Source: Candidatus Latescibacterota bacterium (lineage in GTDB: Bacteria > Latescibacterota > UBA2968 > UBA8231). From it: a DNA stretch of 64,000 nucleotides. A model generated the notes under the pieces. The model did not search any database. It saw only the letters and a program-made list of their open reading frames with translations, and was not told the origin of the DNA. Location: the NCBI GenBank assembly GCA_965223905.1, contig CBDCXV010000001.1, positions 96,001 to 160,000 of the forward strand, read 5' to 3'. A program made the translations under genes and the position numbers. Positions 17,901 to 27,529 of the stretch are shown piece by piece; within the stretch, counting starts at the first letter, position 1; the number at the start of each line of letters is the position of its first letter.

Positions 17901-20476
17901 TCGCCGCCCGCGGAGAGGCAACGGAGGACACCCTCTACTTCGAACGCCTGGCGCCGTTTGCCGGCAGCCACCGCCTCTCTTTCGATTGGCACATCGGCGA
18001 GCGCCGCGGCGAGCACCTGCTCGAGCTCGTCGTGGACCCGGACGACCTCCTGGCCGAGCTCGATGAAGGCAACAATTCCGCCGCGGTCGCCGTCGATATT
18101 CTGTCCCCCCTCGTTCCGGAGCTGCTGTTTCCACCTGCCGGAGCCGTGCTGCCGGCTGCGGCAGCGAGCTTCGAAGCGGTGATCGAAGGGCAGGGGGGGC
18201 AGGTCGAGTTCCAGCTTTCGACAAGCAGCGGTTTCGTTGCCGGAAGCTCCGCCCTGTCTCCTGCGGTCGACGCCGTCGATGGATTAGCGGTTTTCGCCCC
18301 AACCCTCCCCGAAGGGACCTGGTTCTGGCGCGCCCGCGCCATGGACGGCTCATCGGCCGGGCCCTGGAGCGCCACCCGTTCCCTTTGGCTCGGCGACGAA
18401 GCCGAGGCGCTTCCGGGGGAGCAGCAGCGCTGGCGACAGAACGCGGTGCAGATGGCCGGTGGGGGCCTCGAGTCTCTCGAGCTCGACGGGGAACTGCTAC
18501 GGGTGACGCGCAGTTCCACACCGCTCAGGCCGGGAAGCGCCACCCGCGAGGACGGGTACACGGTGCGCGATCTCGAGGGCGCCGGGGTGCTCGTTACCGA
18601 CGGGACCTATCTGTATGCCAAGCGCTGGTACAACGACTCCTCGACCATCTATCCCGGCACCGACTTCTTCACCCGCATCGGGACCGGCCTGAACGGAACC
18701 GTGCGCACCCGCAACTACGGCACCTTCGGGGATTCGACCACGGGGGGCATCTCCGCCACCTTCCACAGCGACGGCTACATCTACAGCGAAAGCAGCCGCG
18801 CCTTCGAGCTCGAGCGGATTTCCCTGGCCACCGGTCGCCTCGATACCGTGGCGGTGCCGGACGGCCTGCTCGAGTGGAAGTCCGGCAAGGTCGAGGACGG
18901 CCACTCCCTCATCACCTCCGACGGCGAGCTCGTCTACAACGTGGCGATGAGCGCCGCCTCAGGGACCCGCACCGCCTGGGGCGTTCGCGTTTTCGATCCC
19001 GCGGACGGTTGGCGGCTGCTGCGCGAGTTCACCTCACCGCCGACGGAGAACGGCTTCACCTTCGAGTGGACCGACGGCATCCTCGCCGACGGCGAGCGCC
19101 TCTACTTCATCGAGTTCGGGGGACAGCGCCGCATTCGCATGGTAGACTCCTTGGACGGGCGCTTCATCGACGAATGGATGAGCGACCAGGACACCACGCG
19201 CGTGATTTCCGGGCAGTACGACTGGATCAACAACAAGGCCTGGCTGGGAGATCTTCTGGGGTCGGCGGTCTTTCGCTACTCCGGGGCGGGCATCCCGGTT
19301 GCGGGGACCGCCCACAGCGGCGCCATCGGCCCTTCCGAGCGCTGGCACAGCATGACCGTCGAGGGTTCCGGAGCGGTGACCACCGACGTTCAGGCAGCCG
19401 GCGACGGCGGCTGGGTGACGCTGCCGGGATTCTCCGGTCTCCTCCCCGGAGCGGTCGATCTGTCGGCGATCGATGCGGTCGGGAATCCCGTGCTGCGTCT
19501 GCGCGCCACCCTGAGCGACTCGACCCGGGAGGGTGCTTCCGCAGCCCTCGGCAGCTGGGAGGTGGTGTCGGTTCCAGCCCCCGACCTGCGGGCCGTGGCC
19601 GCCGCGGTGGACCAGGAGGATAGCCGTTTCGCCGTCGACCTGACCGTCCGCAACCTCTCTCCCTTTGCCGTCTCCGGCGCCCTGGTTGAGCTGCTGTCCG
19701 GCGAGAGGGCGATAGCAGGGGCAACCCGGACGCTGCCGGTCCTGGAGCGCGGGGTTGCCGGCCGGATTCGCATCGAGCTGGACGAGCAGCCGGAAGATTT
19801 CCCCCTGTTCGCCCGGGTATCCATTGCCGGTCGGCCCGACGCCCACCCCCGCGACAACATGATCCGCCTCCCGGTGGAGCCGAAGACCCTCCGTTTCTCT
19901 GCGCAGCAATGGCCGGCCGGAAAACCGTTCCTGCACGGGGATCCCCTTCTGCCGGGCCGAGCGCTGGTGATTCGCGCGCCCTTCGTCGAGTCGGGACGGA
20001 TCCTCCTAGCGGTCGACGGAGCCCCGCAGCAGCCTGACTCGACGTTTGCCGCTTCCCCCGATTCGGGAGTGCGCGTGCTGTACCGGCCGGCGCTGCCACC
20101 GGGCCGGCACCGGGTGCAGGTGCGCCTGTTCAGCGGCGACAGGGAAGTCGGGTCGGAAATAATCGCCATCGTCGTTGCCGAGGAGCTGGCGCTTGCCAAC
20201 GTGCTGGTGTACCCGCACCCGGTCAGGAAGCGGACCGCCATCACCTACGTGTTGTCGCACGAGGCGGAGGTGAGCGTCGAGCTGTTCAGTCTCAGCGGCA
20301 GGCGGGTGGTGCAGCTCGGTCCGCAGCAGCAGAAGGCGGGGTTCGGACAGCTGGAGTGGGACGGCAGGGACGGCGACGGAAACCTCGTCGCCAACGGCAC
20401 CTACCTCTACCTGATCGAAGCCGCGGCCGGGGAAAGACGCGTCCGGCAACGAGGGGCCCTGGTGATCGTCAGGTAG
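14954..20476 (+). CDS. Peptidase C25 (gingipain/PorU-like) with propeptide, CARDB-like, beta-propeller-like and FlgD-type C-terminal domains
   Basis: Signal peptide; ADYVIISH, VEDIYDEFS, YVLLLGDATFDYR, SDYLY, VGRL; catalytic NFNGHG and LSCLNG; LFGDP; VDPDDLLAELDEGNN; WDGRDGDGNLVANGTYLY...LVIVR*. Confidence 0.85.
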   Translation: MTFLARTRLLPLRAWLILLALLSSSISAAPLELTESPGGDLILRLRLDAQEGRHLTATEIDGRLTHQLAFPDLPARLTSPAGVELPFAAHLLAAPPGAGVELEVLEARFTELEDILLPPAPPSAEISRPSGLVEAEYLGILRGVDAYGLRLFPVSYDPGLRRLSACTDLRVAVRFSGGGRFKPATGGDGASPLYGAFLNPPAEMPPRAAAKRARVDDRGAWYDPSLPWVKVKVAHDGVFRIDRSWLAARAVDPGEIDPRTLRLFHLGSEQPLQVFGQEDGSFDESDYLLFAGRFRRDKAGQVGEKDFESIYGRENLYWLTWGGETGRRFQPQSAEPDAGYPIAEFFWTTAHFEQDLWFQVFADAPDINRDHWFWRRRPIRGLDVDTPGSAVFTGELVAPAFGEEYGARLRVALHGQTPAHHTVLKLNNQHIGDYLWRGQVELQIEEEISSTFLRKGTNRLLVQAFASATEGRDQTLFNFFAIDYRARHVAWPGYLRFTHEPSTGRQVVVFDFSHPEIHLFDTAREIVFSGLRIDSTRAPLYTAVFEDENRTKAEYVIVDSASIRTPGGALDSPSRLRTTHPGADYVIISHEDFLDAAERLEGHRRESGLAAEIVDVEDIYDEFSHGLMLREAIGAFISHAYHNWERPPQYVLLLGDATFDYRNVQGGGQPCYVPTLYYHARRRGHSPSDYLYSLVDGDDLLPDVAVGRLAVESAAEAKGVVDKIVRYDTEPAPGDWRSRVIYLANHHSKDVFTLPSDELASRFSEPFGLQSVKIYNPDEQHLPNPTGKAFLDELNAGALLVNFNGHGAAGTMQYLFSLQFPDWDYLSQVDNGRRLPLVTALSCLNGMFVNPHTEAIGEVFTDRADGGSIAYISASAQSFISQNDLLGQHLYGQFFDERTLAFGPALNAAKVQVLAAHSSWTASALTMQLFGDPAQELALPRLPDYQPLELAAGEELVSGSIVPVAAVLANNSRATQDSLTVLVAARGEATEDTLYFERLAPFAGSHRLSFDWHIGERRGEHLLELVVDPDDLLAELDEGNNSAAVAVDILSPLVPELLFPPAGAVLPAAAASFEAVIEGQGGQVEFQLSTSSGFVAGSSALSPAVDAVDGLAVFAPTLPEGTWFWRARAMDGSSAGPWSATRSLWLGDEAEALPGEQQRWRQNAVQMAGGGLESLELDGELLRVTRSSTPLRPGSATREDGYTVRDLEGAGVLVTDGTYLYAKRWYNDSSTIYPGTDFFTRIGTGLNGTVRTRNYGTFGDSTTGGISATFHSDGYIYSESSRAFELERISLATGRLDTVAVPDGLLEWKSGKVEDGHSLITSDGELVYNVAMSAASGTRTAWGVRVFDPADGWRLLREFTSPPTENGFTFEWTDGILADGERLYFIEFGGQRRIRMVDSLDGRFIDEWMSDQDTTRVISGQYDWINNKAWLGDLLGSAVFRYSGAGIPVAGTAHSGAIGPSERWHSMTVEGSGAVTTDVQAAGDGGWVTLPGFSGLLPGAVDLSAIDAVGNPVLRLRATLSDSTREGASAALGSWEVVSVPAPDLRAVAAAVDQEDSRFAVDLTVRNLSPFAVSGALVELLSGERAIAGATRTLPVLERGVAGRIRIELDEQPEDFPLFARVSIAGRPDAHPRDNMIRLPVEPKTLRFSAQQWPAGKPFLHGDPLLPGRALVIRAPFVESGRILLAVDGAPQQPDSTFAASPDSGVRVLYRPALPPGRHRVQVRLFSGDREVGSEIIAIVVAEELALANVLVYPHPVRKRTAITYVLSHEAEVSVELFSLSGRRVVQLGPQQQKAGFGQLEWDGRDGDGNLVANGTYLYLIEAAAGERRVRQRGALVIVR

Positions 20477-20619
20477 CGATCCCGGGACGGGGCGCGGCCC
20501 GATGCCGCCGGGGATGGCCGGGTGGACGGGAGGGTATGGTGGCCTTTCAGGTCCGGCGTCCGGCAGGGAAATGGGACGATGTGGCCGGCTGGATCGGCCC
20601 GCTCCCTGTCCGCGGCCAC

Positions 20620-21195
20620 TCACCGTATCAGTCGGTCGACCTGAGCGAGGATTTCATCAGGTGCCGGGCGGTCGGAGACGTTTTCCCCTACGTATCTCCA
20701 CTCGATGTGGCCCCCGGGAGTAATGATGAAAACGGAAGGTGCCGCCAAGCTGTCGTTCAGAAGGTTGTAGACCCCGTAGTCCCTGGCCACCGCGGCGTCC
20801 TCGTCCGACAGAATGGCAAATTCAGCGCCCGTCAGCTCCACCATTTCCAGCCCTTTGGCGGCGTTATCGGTGCTGATGGCCGCCAGCGACACGTTCCGCT
20901 CCAGGAACCCGGGATACGCTTCTGCCAGCTGACCTAGCTGGACTTTGCACCCACCTCAGAAGAATCCCCTGTAGAATACCAGTACCGCTGCGGCGCGGTT
21001 TTCGAGCAGATCGGACAGGGAAACGGAAGTCCCGTACGCAGCAGGCAAGGTGAACGCAGGCGCCCGGTCCCCCGCAGAAACCGCTTTGGAGTCGCAGCCG
21101 GCGAGCGCGGCCAGGGCCGCAGCTGCCAGGGGCAGGAACACCGCACCTGCGAAACTTCCGCGGTCCGGGAGGCTCTCCGGCCGTGTGTCGATCAC
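20620..21195 (-). CDS. AhpC/TSA (peroxiredoxin-like redoxin) lipoprotein; selenoprotein with UGA = Sec at 20956-20958
   Basis: ORFs 20956-21447 and 20620-20892 are in the same frame and join as GDRAPAFTL...VLVFYRGFF-U-GGC-KVQL...AISTD...LSDED...PSVFII; lipobox LAGC; GTG start at 21195 is tentative. Confidence 0.85.
20925..20941 (-). promoter_or_regulatory. Bacterial SECIS-like hairpin
   Basis: CCAGCT-AGGTC-AGCTGG begins 14 nt after the in-frame UGA; G within the first two loop positions. Confidence 0.7.
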
Positions 21196-21266
21196 GTCTT
21201 CGCGGCCCGGTTCCTGGATGTCGAGGCTGATGTCACCGCTTTTTTTGCGGGATGCCTTGCGGCCAC

Positions 21267-21566
21267 TCAGCCGGAGGCCTGCCCGCGCACCGTCTCGATC
21301 TTGTCGTCGCGCTCCCTGAAGATCCTGTCGCGCACCTGGTTCATCTCTTCCTGAAACTGGCGCTGGTGCTCGGCGAATGCCTGCGGGTCGGCCTCCTGGG
21401 CGAGCCTGGCGATGCGCTGTTTGAGGGCGATCTCCTGTTCCGCCCACTTGGCCTCGTATTCGTTCCTGATGGCGGCGATGGCGGCGAGCTGCTCTTCGCT
21501 CAGCTTCTGTTGATTGTCGACCAGCTTTTCGGTCTTCGCCATCGCGAGTTCGATTGCAGATTTCAT
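21267..21566 (-). CDS. Small coiled-coil hypothetical protein (MKSAIELAM... N-terminus)
   Basis: SD AAAGGAG; helical 99-aa ORF with typical codon usage. Confidence 0.75.
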   Translation of the reverse strand: MKSAIELAMAKTEKLVDNQQKLSEEQLAAIAAIRNEYEAKWAEQEIALKQRIARLAQEADPQAFAEHQRQFQEEMNQVRDRIFRERDDKIETVRGQASG

Positions 21567-21789
21567 TTCAGACTCCTTTGCAGCGGGTCGGCCCGGGGAT
21601 ACCTTGCAGAATGGATGGCGCCGGACCGCAAGTCACGGCCGCGCCGGATCGGAGAGAGCTTCGGAAGTCGCCACAAGCCGCCGCCTGTAGGCACGGCGCA
21701 TGGGAGGCGGTTGGCGGGACGGTAATTGCGCCCAAAATACAGGTGCGCAGATCAGCGCACAACAGACCTGAAACAGGGGAGAGAGGAAA

Positions 21790-22242
21790 ATGTCGAAGCA
21801 GTGGAAAGTGTACCTCGCCGGGGAAATCCACAGCGACTGGCGAGAGCGGATCGTCAGCTCCGCGGCGCAGAGGCAGCTTCCGGTATCCTTCACCGCCCCG
21901 GTAACCGATCACGCCGCCAGCGACAACTGCGGCGTCGAAATTCTAGGCCCCGAGGAATCCGGGTTCTGGAAGGATCAGAAGGGGGCTCGAATAAACGCCA
22001 TTCGCACCCGCACCCTGATTCGGGACGCCGATGCGGTAGTGGTCCGCTTCGGCGGCACCTACCGGCAATGGAACGCCGCCTTCGACGCCGGCTTCGCCTC
22101 CGCCCTGGGCAAGGCGATCATCGTCATGCACGACGCCGACATCGCCCACGCCCTCAAGGAAGTGGATGCCGCGGCTCTCGCGGTGGCGGAGACGACCGGG
22201 CAGGTGGTCGAGATGCTCGCCTACGTCACTCGGGAAGGGTGA
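21790..22242 (+). CDS. YtoQ family protein
   Basis: VYLAGEIHSDWRE, PVTDHAASDNCG, YRQWNAAFDAG, HALKEVD. Confidence 0.9.
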   Translation: MSKQWKVYLAGEIHSDWRERIVSSAAQRQLPVSFTAPVTDHAASDNCGVEILGPEESGFWKDQKGARINAIRTRTLIRDADAVVVRFGGTYRQWNAAFDAGFASALGKAIIVMHDADIAHALKEVDAAALAVAETTGQVVEMLAYVTREG

Positions 22243-22245
22243 TGC

Positions 22246-24768
22246 TCAGCCGCCGTTGGAACGGCCGAGCTGGTCGGCGAAAATGAAGAAATCCTCGAAA
22301 TCGACTTCGCCGTTGCCGTTGAGGTCGTAGATCGCCCGCTCCCCCCTGGCGGGGTGGCCGAAGGCGTCGACAAACAGGTAGAAGTCGGCGAAGTCCACGG
22401 TGCCGCTGCCGTCGAAATCTGCGGCGAGGGCCTCCGGAGGGGGAGGGAAGGGCGTGGGAACCGATGCGGCGTCGGATGTCGTCACGGCCAGCGGCCCGGC
22501 GCCGGAAAACCGCAGCGTCAGCGCGCCGTTGGAGTACGAGCTACCCGCCAGCTCGCCTGAGAAATCCGTCGCCGTGACCGGATCGGACAACGCGAGGACA
22601 ACGTCGGTACCTCCGCTGCCCTCACGCAGGAACCCGCTGGCACTCCCAGCAGCGAACGCCAGGCTCAGGTCCGTCTCGTTGGACGCGGAAAACACCTGGA
22701 CCCCGTCAATGGACAAAAGGGTTGCACCGATCAAGGTGAACTCGCTGAGCGCCTCGGCGGCGAAGCTCGCCAGGCCGAACCCCGCGTCGCTGGTCAGAGT
22801 GCCGAAAGCCGTTGTCACCGATATCGTGCCGCCCTCGGCGGCGCTCCAGGCGTAGTCGGTCGTCCCGCCCTTCTCCACGCTGACCGCCTCCCCACCCGTG
22901 GCCGCAGGGGCCGCGATGACCGGTTCGGCATCGGTCAGGGCCCGCGGAAACAGCACCGCGAGATAGTCGACCTCGGCGCCGCTTTCCCGAACGCTCAGCA
23001 GGGTATGGGTCGGCTCTTCGCGATAGGCGAACGAGTGTATCGCCTCGGACTCGGTGAAGGTGCGTCCTTCCCTGGCCGGCATGAACGCCAGCAGTTCCGC
23101 CTGGGAGCGGGTCCAGCGGGCGAGACTCCCGCTACGCCGGTACGATCCCCCGCTGGTGCCTCCTCCGTTGCCGTGCAGGCGCCACTCGTACCGATGACTG
23201 CTCCCGTCTCTGACCTGGTCGCTGACGACGAAGTAGCGCTTGCCGACGAACATGACGCGGCGCCGGATGCCGACCCCCTCGTAGGCCGCCGCCACCTCGG
23301 CGTAGTCGAGGGAGTCGCCGGTGAAGTAGCGCTGTATGTAGGCGTCGTTGCCGCCATCCACTGCCTGGCCGAGCACGGTGTCGAGCGGGGGACCGCTGCC
23401 GTCGACGAGGATCAGGCTGTGGCTGGGACCGGCGTTCACCTTGTGGTGGTTGCTGAAGTCGATGTAGCCGCCGTCGACGGCCAGCATTTCACCGGCCGCG
23501 TAGATCAGGAAACTGGTCTCGTCGGCGTGCTCATGCCCCAGTCCCTGCGCGCGCGCGCGCCCGTGCTCGCCGCGCAGCAGCATGTAGGTCGCGTTCTCCG
23601 ACCAGTCGCTGCGAAAAACCGCGTCCCCCGCCTCCGGCATGATGACGGTGGGGCCGTATTCCGGTTCCAGGGCGGCGATCCCGTCGTCGTACAGGGCGAT
23701 CGCGTCCATTTCGGAAAACTCCCGCACGTACTGCACGAACGAGTTGTTCTGCCAGTCCCACAGGTGCACGGGCCCGTTGGCGTCGACGGATGCGAGATAG
23801 TGGCCGTAAAAGTCGTCGAGATGGCTGTCGTCGATGTTGGGACGGCGTCCGTTCGGAAGCCGCAGGTTGAGCGACCAGTCGTGCATCAGGTCGACTCCAG
23901 GGTTTTCGAACAGGTCGGTTCCTGTCAGGCGTTTCAGTGCAAACATGTACGGCAGGTACAGGTCGGCGGCGTAGCGGGCGTAGAACGGACCTTCCGCATA
24001 CCCTCCGTCGGACCCGTCGATCTGGTGGTCGAGGGATCTCGTCACCAGATCGAAGGCGCGGTCGGCCCAATCCCCCGGACTGCTGCCGCCCCTGCCCGGG
24101 TGGTCGGCCAGGGCGAACGCGGCCAGCCCGAGCCCGGCGTAAGCCCGTATGTGCCAGTTGTTGAGATGGAGAATGGCGGGATTGCGCGGATCCGGTGTTT
24201 CGTGCAGGCGGATTTTTATCGAGCCGAGGAACCCCAGATCGATCTCCCGGATCACGATGCCCTTGTGAATCCGCTCCGCCTCCTCGGCCAGGATTTCGCG
24301 GATCTCTTCTCGCGAGGCGGAATCCGCACTCAAATATCCGTCGAGCATGTCGTAGGCGACGGCGTAGAGGGCGACTACCTCCCCCTCGTTGTGGGGTTCC
24401 CCGAGGTCTCCGCCGCGGGGCGGAAACTTCATGTCGAGCATGATCTCGACCGCCCGTTCCGCGAAGGCGGTCCTGTCCGTCATCAGGTATGCAAACGCCA
24501 GACTCTTGGCGTAACGCGCCTTGCTGCGCTCGACAGCGAAGGTGGAGGGAACGTTCTCGGCACGGTTGAGCACCGTCTGCCACCACCCCGAATACGGGGA
24601 GCGCCGGATCCGCTCCCGCAGCACCGGAACGTCGGATGCGGAAAACAGCAGGCTGGGGTGTGTTTCACCGGGCAGGGTGACCTGCGCCGTTGCGGGAGTT
24701 GCCGCTCCGGCGAACAGGATAGCTGCAACAAGATGGAGAATGACTATCGACCTGCTGATGGAGGGCAT
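22246..24768 (-). CDS. Secreted heparinase II/III-like polysaccharide lyase with C-terminal EF-hand/dockerin-like pair
   Basis: Signal peptide; HPSLLF, NNWH, GGYAEGPFY, FRSDW, GHEHAD, HSLILVDG; tail DFDGSGTVDFADF...DLNGNGEVDFEDF. Confidence 0.8.
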   Translation of the reverse strand: MPSISRSIVILHLVAAILFAGAATPATAQVTLPGETHPSLLFSASDVPVLRERIRRSPYSGWWQTVLNRAENVPSTFAVERSKARYAKSLAFAYLMTDRTAFAERAVEIMLDMKFPPRGGDLGEPHNEGEVVALYAVAYDMLDGYLSADSASREEIREILAEEAERIHKGIVIREIDLGFLGSIKIRLHETPDPRNPAILHLNNWHIRAYAGLGLAAFALADHPGRGGSSPGDWADRAFDLVTRSLDHQIDGSDGGYAEGPFYARYAADLYLPYMFALKRLTGTDLFENPGVDLMHDWSLNLRLPNGRRPNIDDSHLDDFYGHYLASVDANGPVHLWDWQNNSFVQYVREFSEMDAIALYDDGIAALEPEYGPTVIMPEAGDAVFRSDWSENATYMLLRGEHGRARAQGLGHEHADETSFLIYAAGEMLAVDGGYIDFSNHHKVNAGPSHSLILVDGSGPPLDTVLGQAVDGGNDAYIQRYFTGDSLDYAEVAAAYEGVGIRRRVMFVGKRYFVVSDQVRDGSSHRYEWRLHGNGGGTSGGSYRRSGSLARWTRSQAELLAFMPAREGRTFTESEAIHSFAYREEPTHTLLSVRESGAEVDYLAVLFPRALTDAEPVIAAPAATGGEAVSVEKGGTTDYAWSAAEGGTISVTTAFGTLTSDAGFGLASFAAEALSEFTLIGATLLSIDGVQVFSASNETDLSLAFAAGSASGFLREGSGGTDVVLALSDPVTATDFSGELAGSSYSNGALTLRFSGAGPLAVTTSDAASVPTPFPPPPEALAADFDGSGTVDFADFYLFVDAFGHPARGERAIYDLNGNGEVDFEDFFIFADQLGRSNGG

Positions 24769-24820
24769 GCGTCCGGAAATTTCACCTCGAGGGAACGCAG
24801 CTTTGACCGGGTGCAACGGC

Positions 24821-25423
24821 TCACCTCCAGCCGAGCAGGCGCCCGGCGTTCAGCCCCCAGGTGAGGCCCAGGTAGAAAAAATCCAGGCCGAGGTTTACGC
24901 GCACCCCCCCGGCGGGCCCGGAAGGGGAATCGAAAAACATGCCGATTGTGCCGTATGGGGTGCGTGGCTTGCGGCCTCGCAGACCGAGTCCGGTGTACAG
25001 CTTGCCCGGCTTGTTGGCCACGATGACGGTTTCCACGGGCACGAAGCTGATGTCGCCGCTGAACGAGCGCAGCACCTCCGTGCCGGCCGAGCACCGATAC
25101 GACGGCACGGAGTATCCCAACGAATCGATGCAGGCGCTGACTCCGCCGGGGCCGTAGATCCGCTGGTACCGGGGGTTGTCGTTTTCTTTCTGCAGGAAAA
25201 CCAAATCGAGCAGCGAGACCGATGCGATCAAGCGGAAACGCGCGGCGAGCACGCTCAGTCCGACAGGCACCGCGATCCCGGGACCGCGTTCGATGTTGGT
25301 GATCCCGAGGCCTACCGTTCCATAGAGTCCGCTGCCGTCAGACCCTGCTTCCTCGATCAGCTGGGCCTGCGCGACAGAGACCGTGGCGGCTGTCAGCAGG
25401 AGAGTGGTACGGAACAGGGGCAT
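24821..25423 (-). CDS. Hypothetical exported protein, possibly a small beta-barrel
   Basis: Signal peptide (AQA), alternating beta-strand patterns, one Cys pair. Confidence 0.6.
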   Translation of the reverse strand: MPLFRTTLLLTAATVSVAQAQLIEEAGSDGSGLYGTVGLGITNIERGPGIAVPVGLSVLAARFRLIASVSLLDLVFLQKENDNPRYQRIYGPGGVSACIDSLGYSVPSYRCSAGTEVLRSFSGDISFVPVETVIVANKPGKLYTGLGLRGRKPRTPYGTIGMFFDSPSGPAGGVRVNLGLDFFYLGLTWGLNAGRLLGWR

Positions 25424-25665
25424 GGAGGAACGGATTCTCGCTCAGTGGGTTCGAGGAGCCGTGAAAGGTATGTGCAGCCGGGGGGGGATCAAGGTCTGGT
25501 CTCGACATGACGGTATGAAATTCCCGCGGCAACGGCCGCCATGGCTTTCTGACCTCCGGGAAACCATCAGCCCTTGAAAAAAGTCATCCGGGCTGCGGCC
25601 GGCCCCGCGTGGAGCAACTATCAACTGGCTGTTATATTCCGATCCCCGAAGCGGAGGTGCAACGC

Positions 25666-26578
25666 ATGTCCTTGAGCCCAAGTCAGGTAGAAGAGTTTCA
25701 CACCCGGGGATACCTGGTGGTTCGCGGCCTGTTTCCCGAAGTGGATCTCCAGCCCTTGATCGCGGACATGGAGGATATCATCGAGGATGCAGCCCGCGAA
25801 CTGCGGAATCGGGGAAAGATCGATGACCTCCATGCCGGTGCCCCCTTCGAACAGCGCATCGCCCTGCTGACCCGGGACTCCGGCGAGTCGATCCAGGGAC
25901 AGGTTTCGTTCCCTTTGAACCTGCGGCGGCCGATATTCGATTTCCTGCACAACAGCCGACCTGCTGGATGCCGTCGAGAGCCTGGTCGGCGAGGAGATCT
26001 TCTGCAACCCCACCCACCACGTGCGGCCCAAGCTGCCCGAGTCGCATCTGACCGAGCAGGACCACTACTGGATTCAGCTGTCGCCGCTGCACCAGGATGC
26101 GGCGGTCCTGCTGCCTGAAGCGGACGATACCCTCGTCGTCACCTCATGGATTCCGCTCGTCGACTGCGACGAGGCCAACGGCACGATCAGGGTCGTACCC
26201 GGACTGCACCGCGGGGCCTTGCGCCGCCACGTCCGCTGCCCCTATGGGTGGCAGATCGCCGACGACGAAATGCCGGCGGAGGAACCGGTCTCGATACCCG
26301 TGAGAAAAGGGGACGTCGTTTTCATTCACTGCCGCACGCCGCACGGTTCCGGTCCCAACAAATCCGGTCAGGTTCGCTGGAGCATGGACCTGCGATGGAA
26401 CGACGCGCGCAAGCCTCACGGACGCCCGCTGCCCGGTCTGCTGGTGCGCAGCCAAGCCGACCCCCGCGTGAACGATCCGGCGACCGCGGCCGGCCGCCAC
26501 GCGGCATGGGTCGAGGAATGGCGGGATGCCCAGGCGGACACGAAGCCGCGCCGTATGTATCGCTGGCCAGATGCCTGA
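25666..26578 (+). CDS. Phytanoyl-CoA dioxygenase (PhyH) family protein; apparent frameshift near 25960
   Basis: LSPSQVEEFHTRGYLVV, then LHQD, WIPLVD...NG, HCRTPHGSGPN...RWSMDLR; SD GGAGGT. Confidence 0.85.
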
Positions 26579-26608
26579 CTTGCTGTCGGGAGGCAGGGTG
26601 GTTGTGTC

Positions 26609-27418
26609 TCAGAAGGCGACGAAGCCGCCGCAGACCGGGATGCATTGACCGGTGACATAGTCGGACAGGTCCGTCACCAGGAACTCGACGACCTTGGCGC
26701 AGTCTTCGGGCATTCCCAGCCTTCCGAGGGGAATTTGCTCCTCGAGCTTCTTCCTGGTTTCCGGCTCGTTGCGCCCCTGCGCCAGCGCCCGGGATGAAAG
26801 GATGAACCCCGGGGCGATGCAGTTTACGTGGATCCCATGGGGTCCCAACTCGGCCGCCAGCACGCGGGTGTACTGGATGACGCCGGCCTTCGACACCTTG
26901 TAGGCCATTCCCCCGCCGTCGCGCCCGCTCCACATGCCGGCCTGCGACGCGACAGTGACGATCTTGCCTCCCTTACCCCGCTTGCGCATCGCCTTTCCCA
27001 CCTCCTGGCAACAGAAAACGGTACCCGTCAGGTTGATCTCCATCAGGTAACGGTACGTCTGTTGCGACGTCCCCGTGGCGCTCTGGTCCGGGTCGGTGGT
27101 CAGGTTTCCGCCGGCATTGGTTACCAGGATATCGATACCGCCGAGCTCGGCCACGGCCGTCTCCACCATCGCTGCCACCCCGTCGCGATCGGTTACGTCC
27201 GCTTCGATGCCGAGAGAGCGCCGTCCAAGGGACTCGACCTCGGCCGCCACGGATCCAGCCGTCAGCTGCTCTCCGAATTCGACCGCCGCATCCAGCCTGA
27301 TGTCGTTGACGACGACGGCGGCGCCCAGCCGGGCCAGATGCAGAACATAGGCGCGTCCGAGGCCTCGGGCCCCACCGGTCACCAGGGCGACTTTGCCTTG
27401 GAGTTTCGGCTCATCCAT
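26609..27418 (-). CDS. SDR family oxidoreductase
   Basis: TGGARGLG, NAGG, YKVSK, VNCIAPG. Confidence 0.93.
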   Translation of the reverse strand: MDEPKLQGKVALVTGGARGLGRAYVLHLARLGAAVVVNDIRLDAAVEFGEQLTAGSVAAEVESLGRRSLGIEADVTDRDGVAAMVETAVAELGGIDILVTNAGGNLTTDPDQSATGTSQQTYRYLMEINLTGTVFCCQEVGKAMRKRGKGGKIVTVASQAGMWSGRDGGGMAYKVSKAGVIQYTRVLAAELGPHGIHVNCIAPGFILSSRALAQGRNEPETRKKLEEQIPLGRLGMPEDCAKVVEFLVTDLSDYVTGQCIPVCGGFVAF

Positions 27419-27529
27419 CGTTCACCGGTTTCGTTCCGACCCCCAGTCCCTGCTGCAATCGAGAGAAAATGCGGAGCTCGGGGGCAAACCGTCCCTTTCC
27501 GCCCTCATAGAAAAAATCCGCTGAAACTG

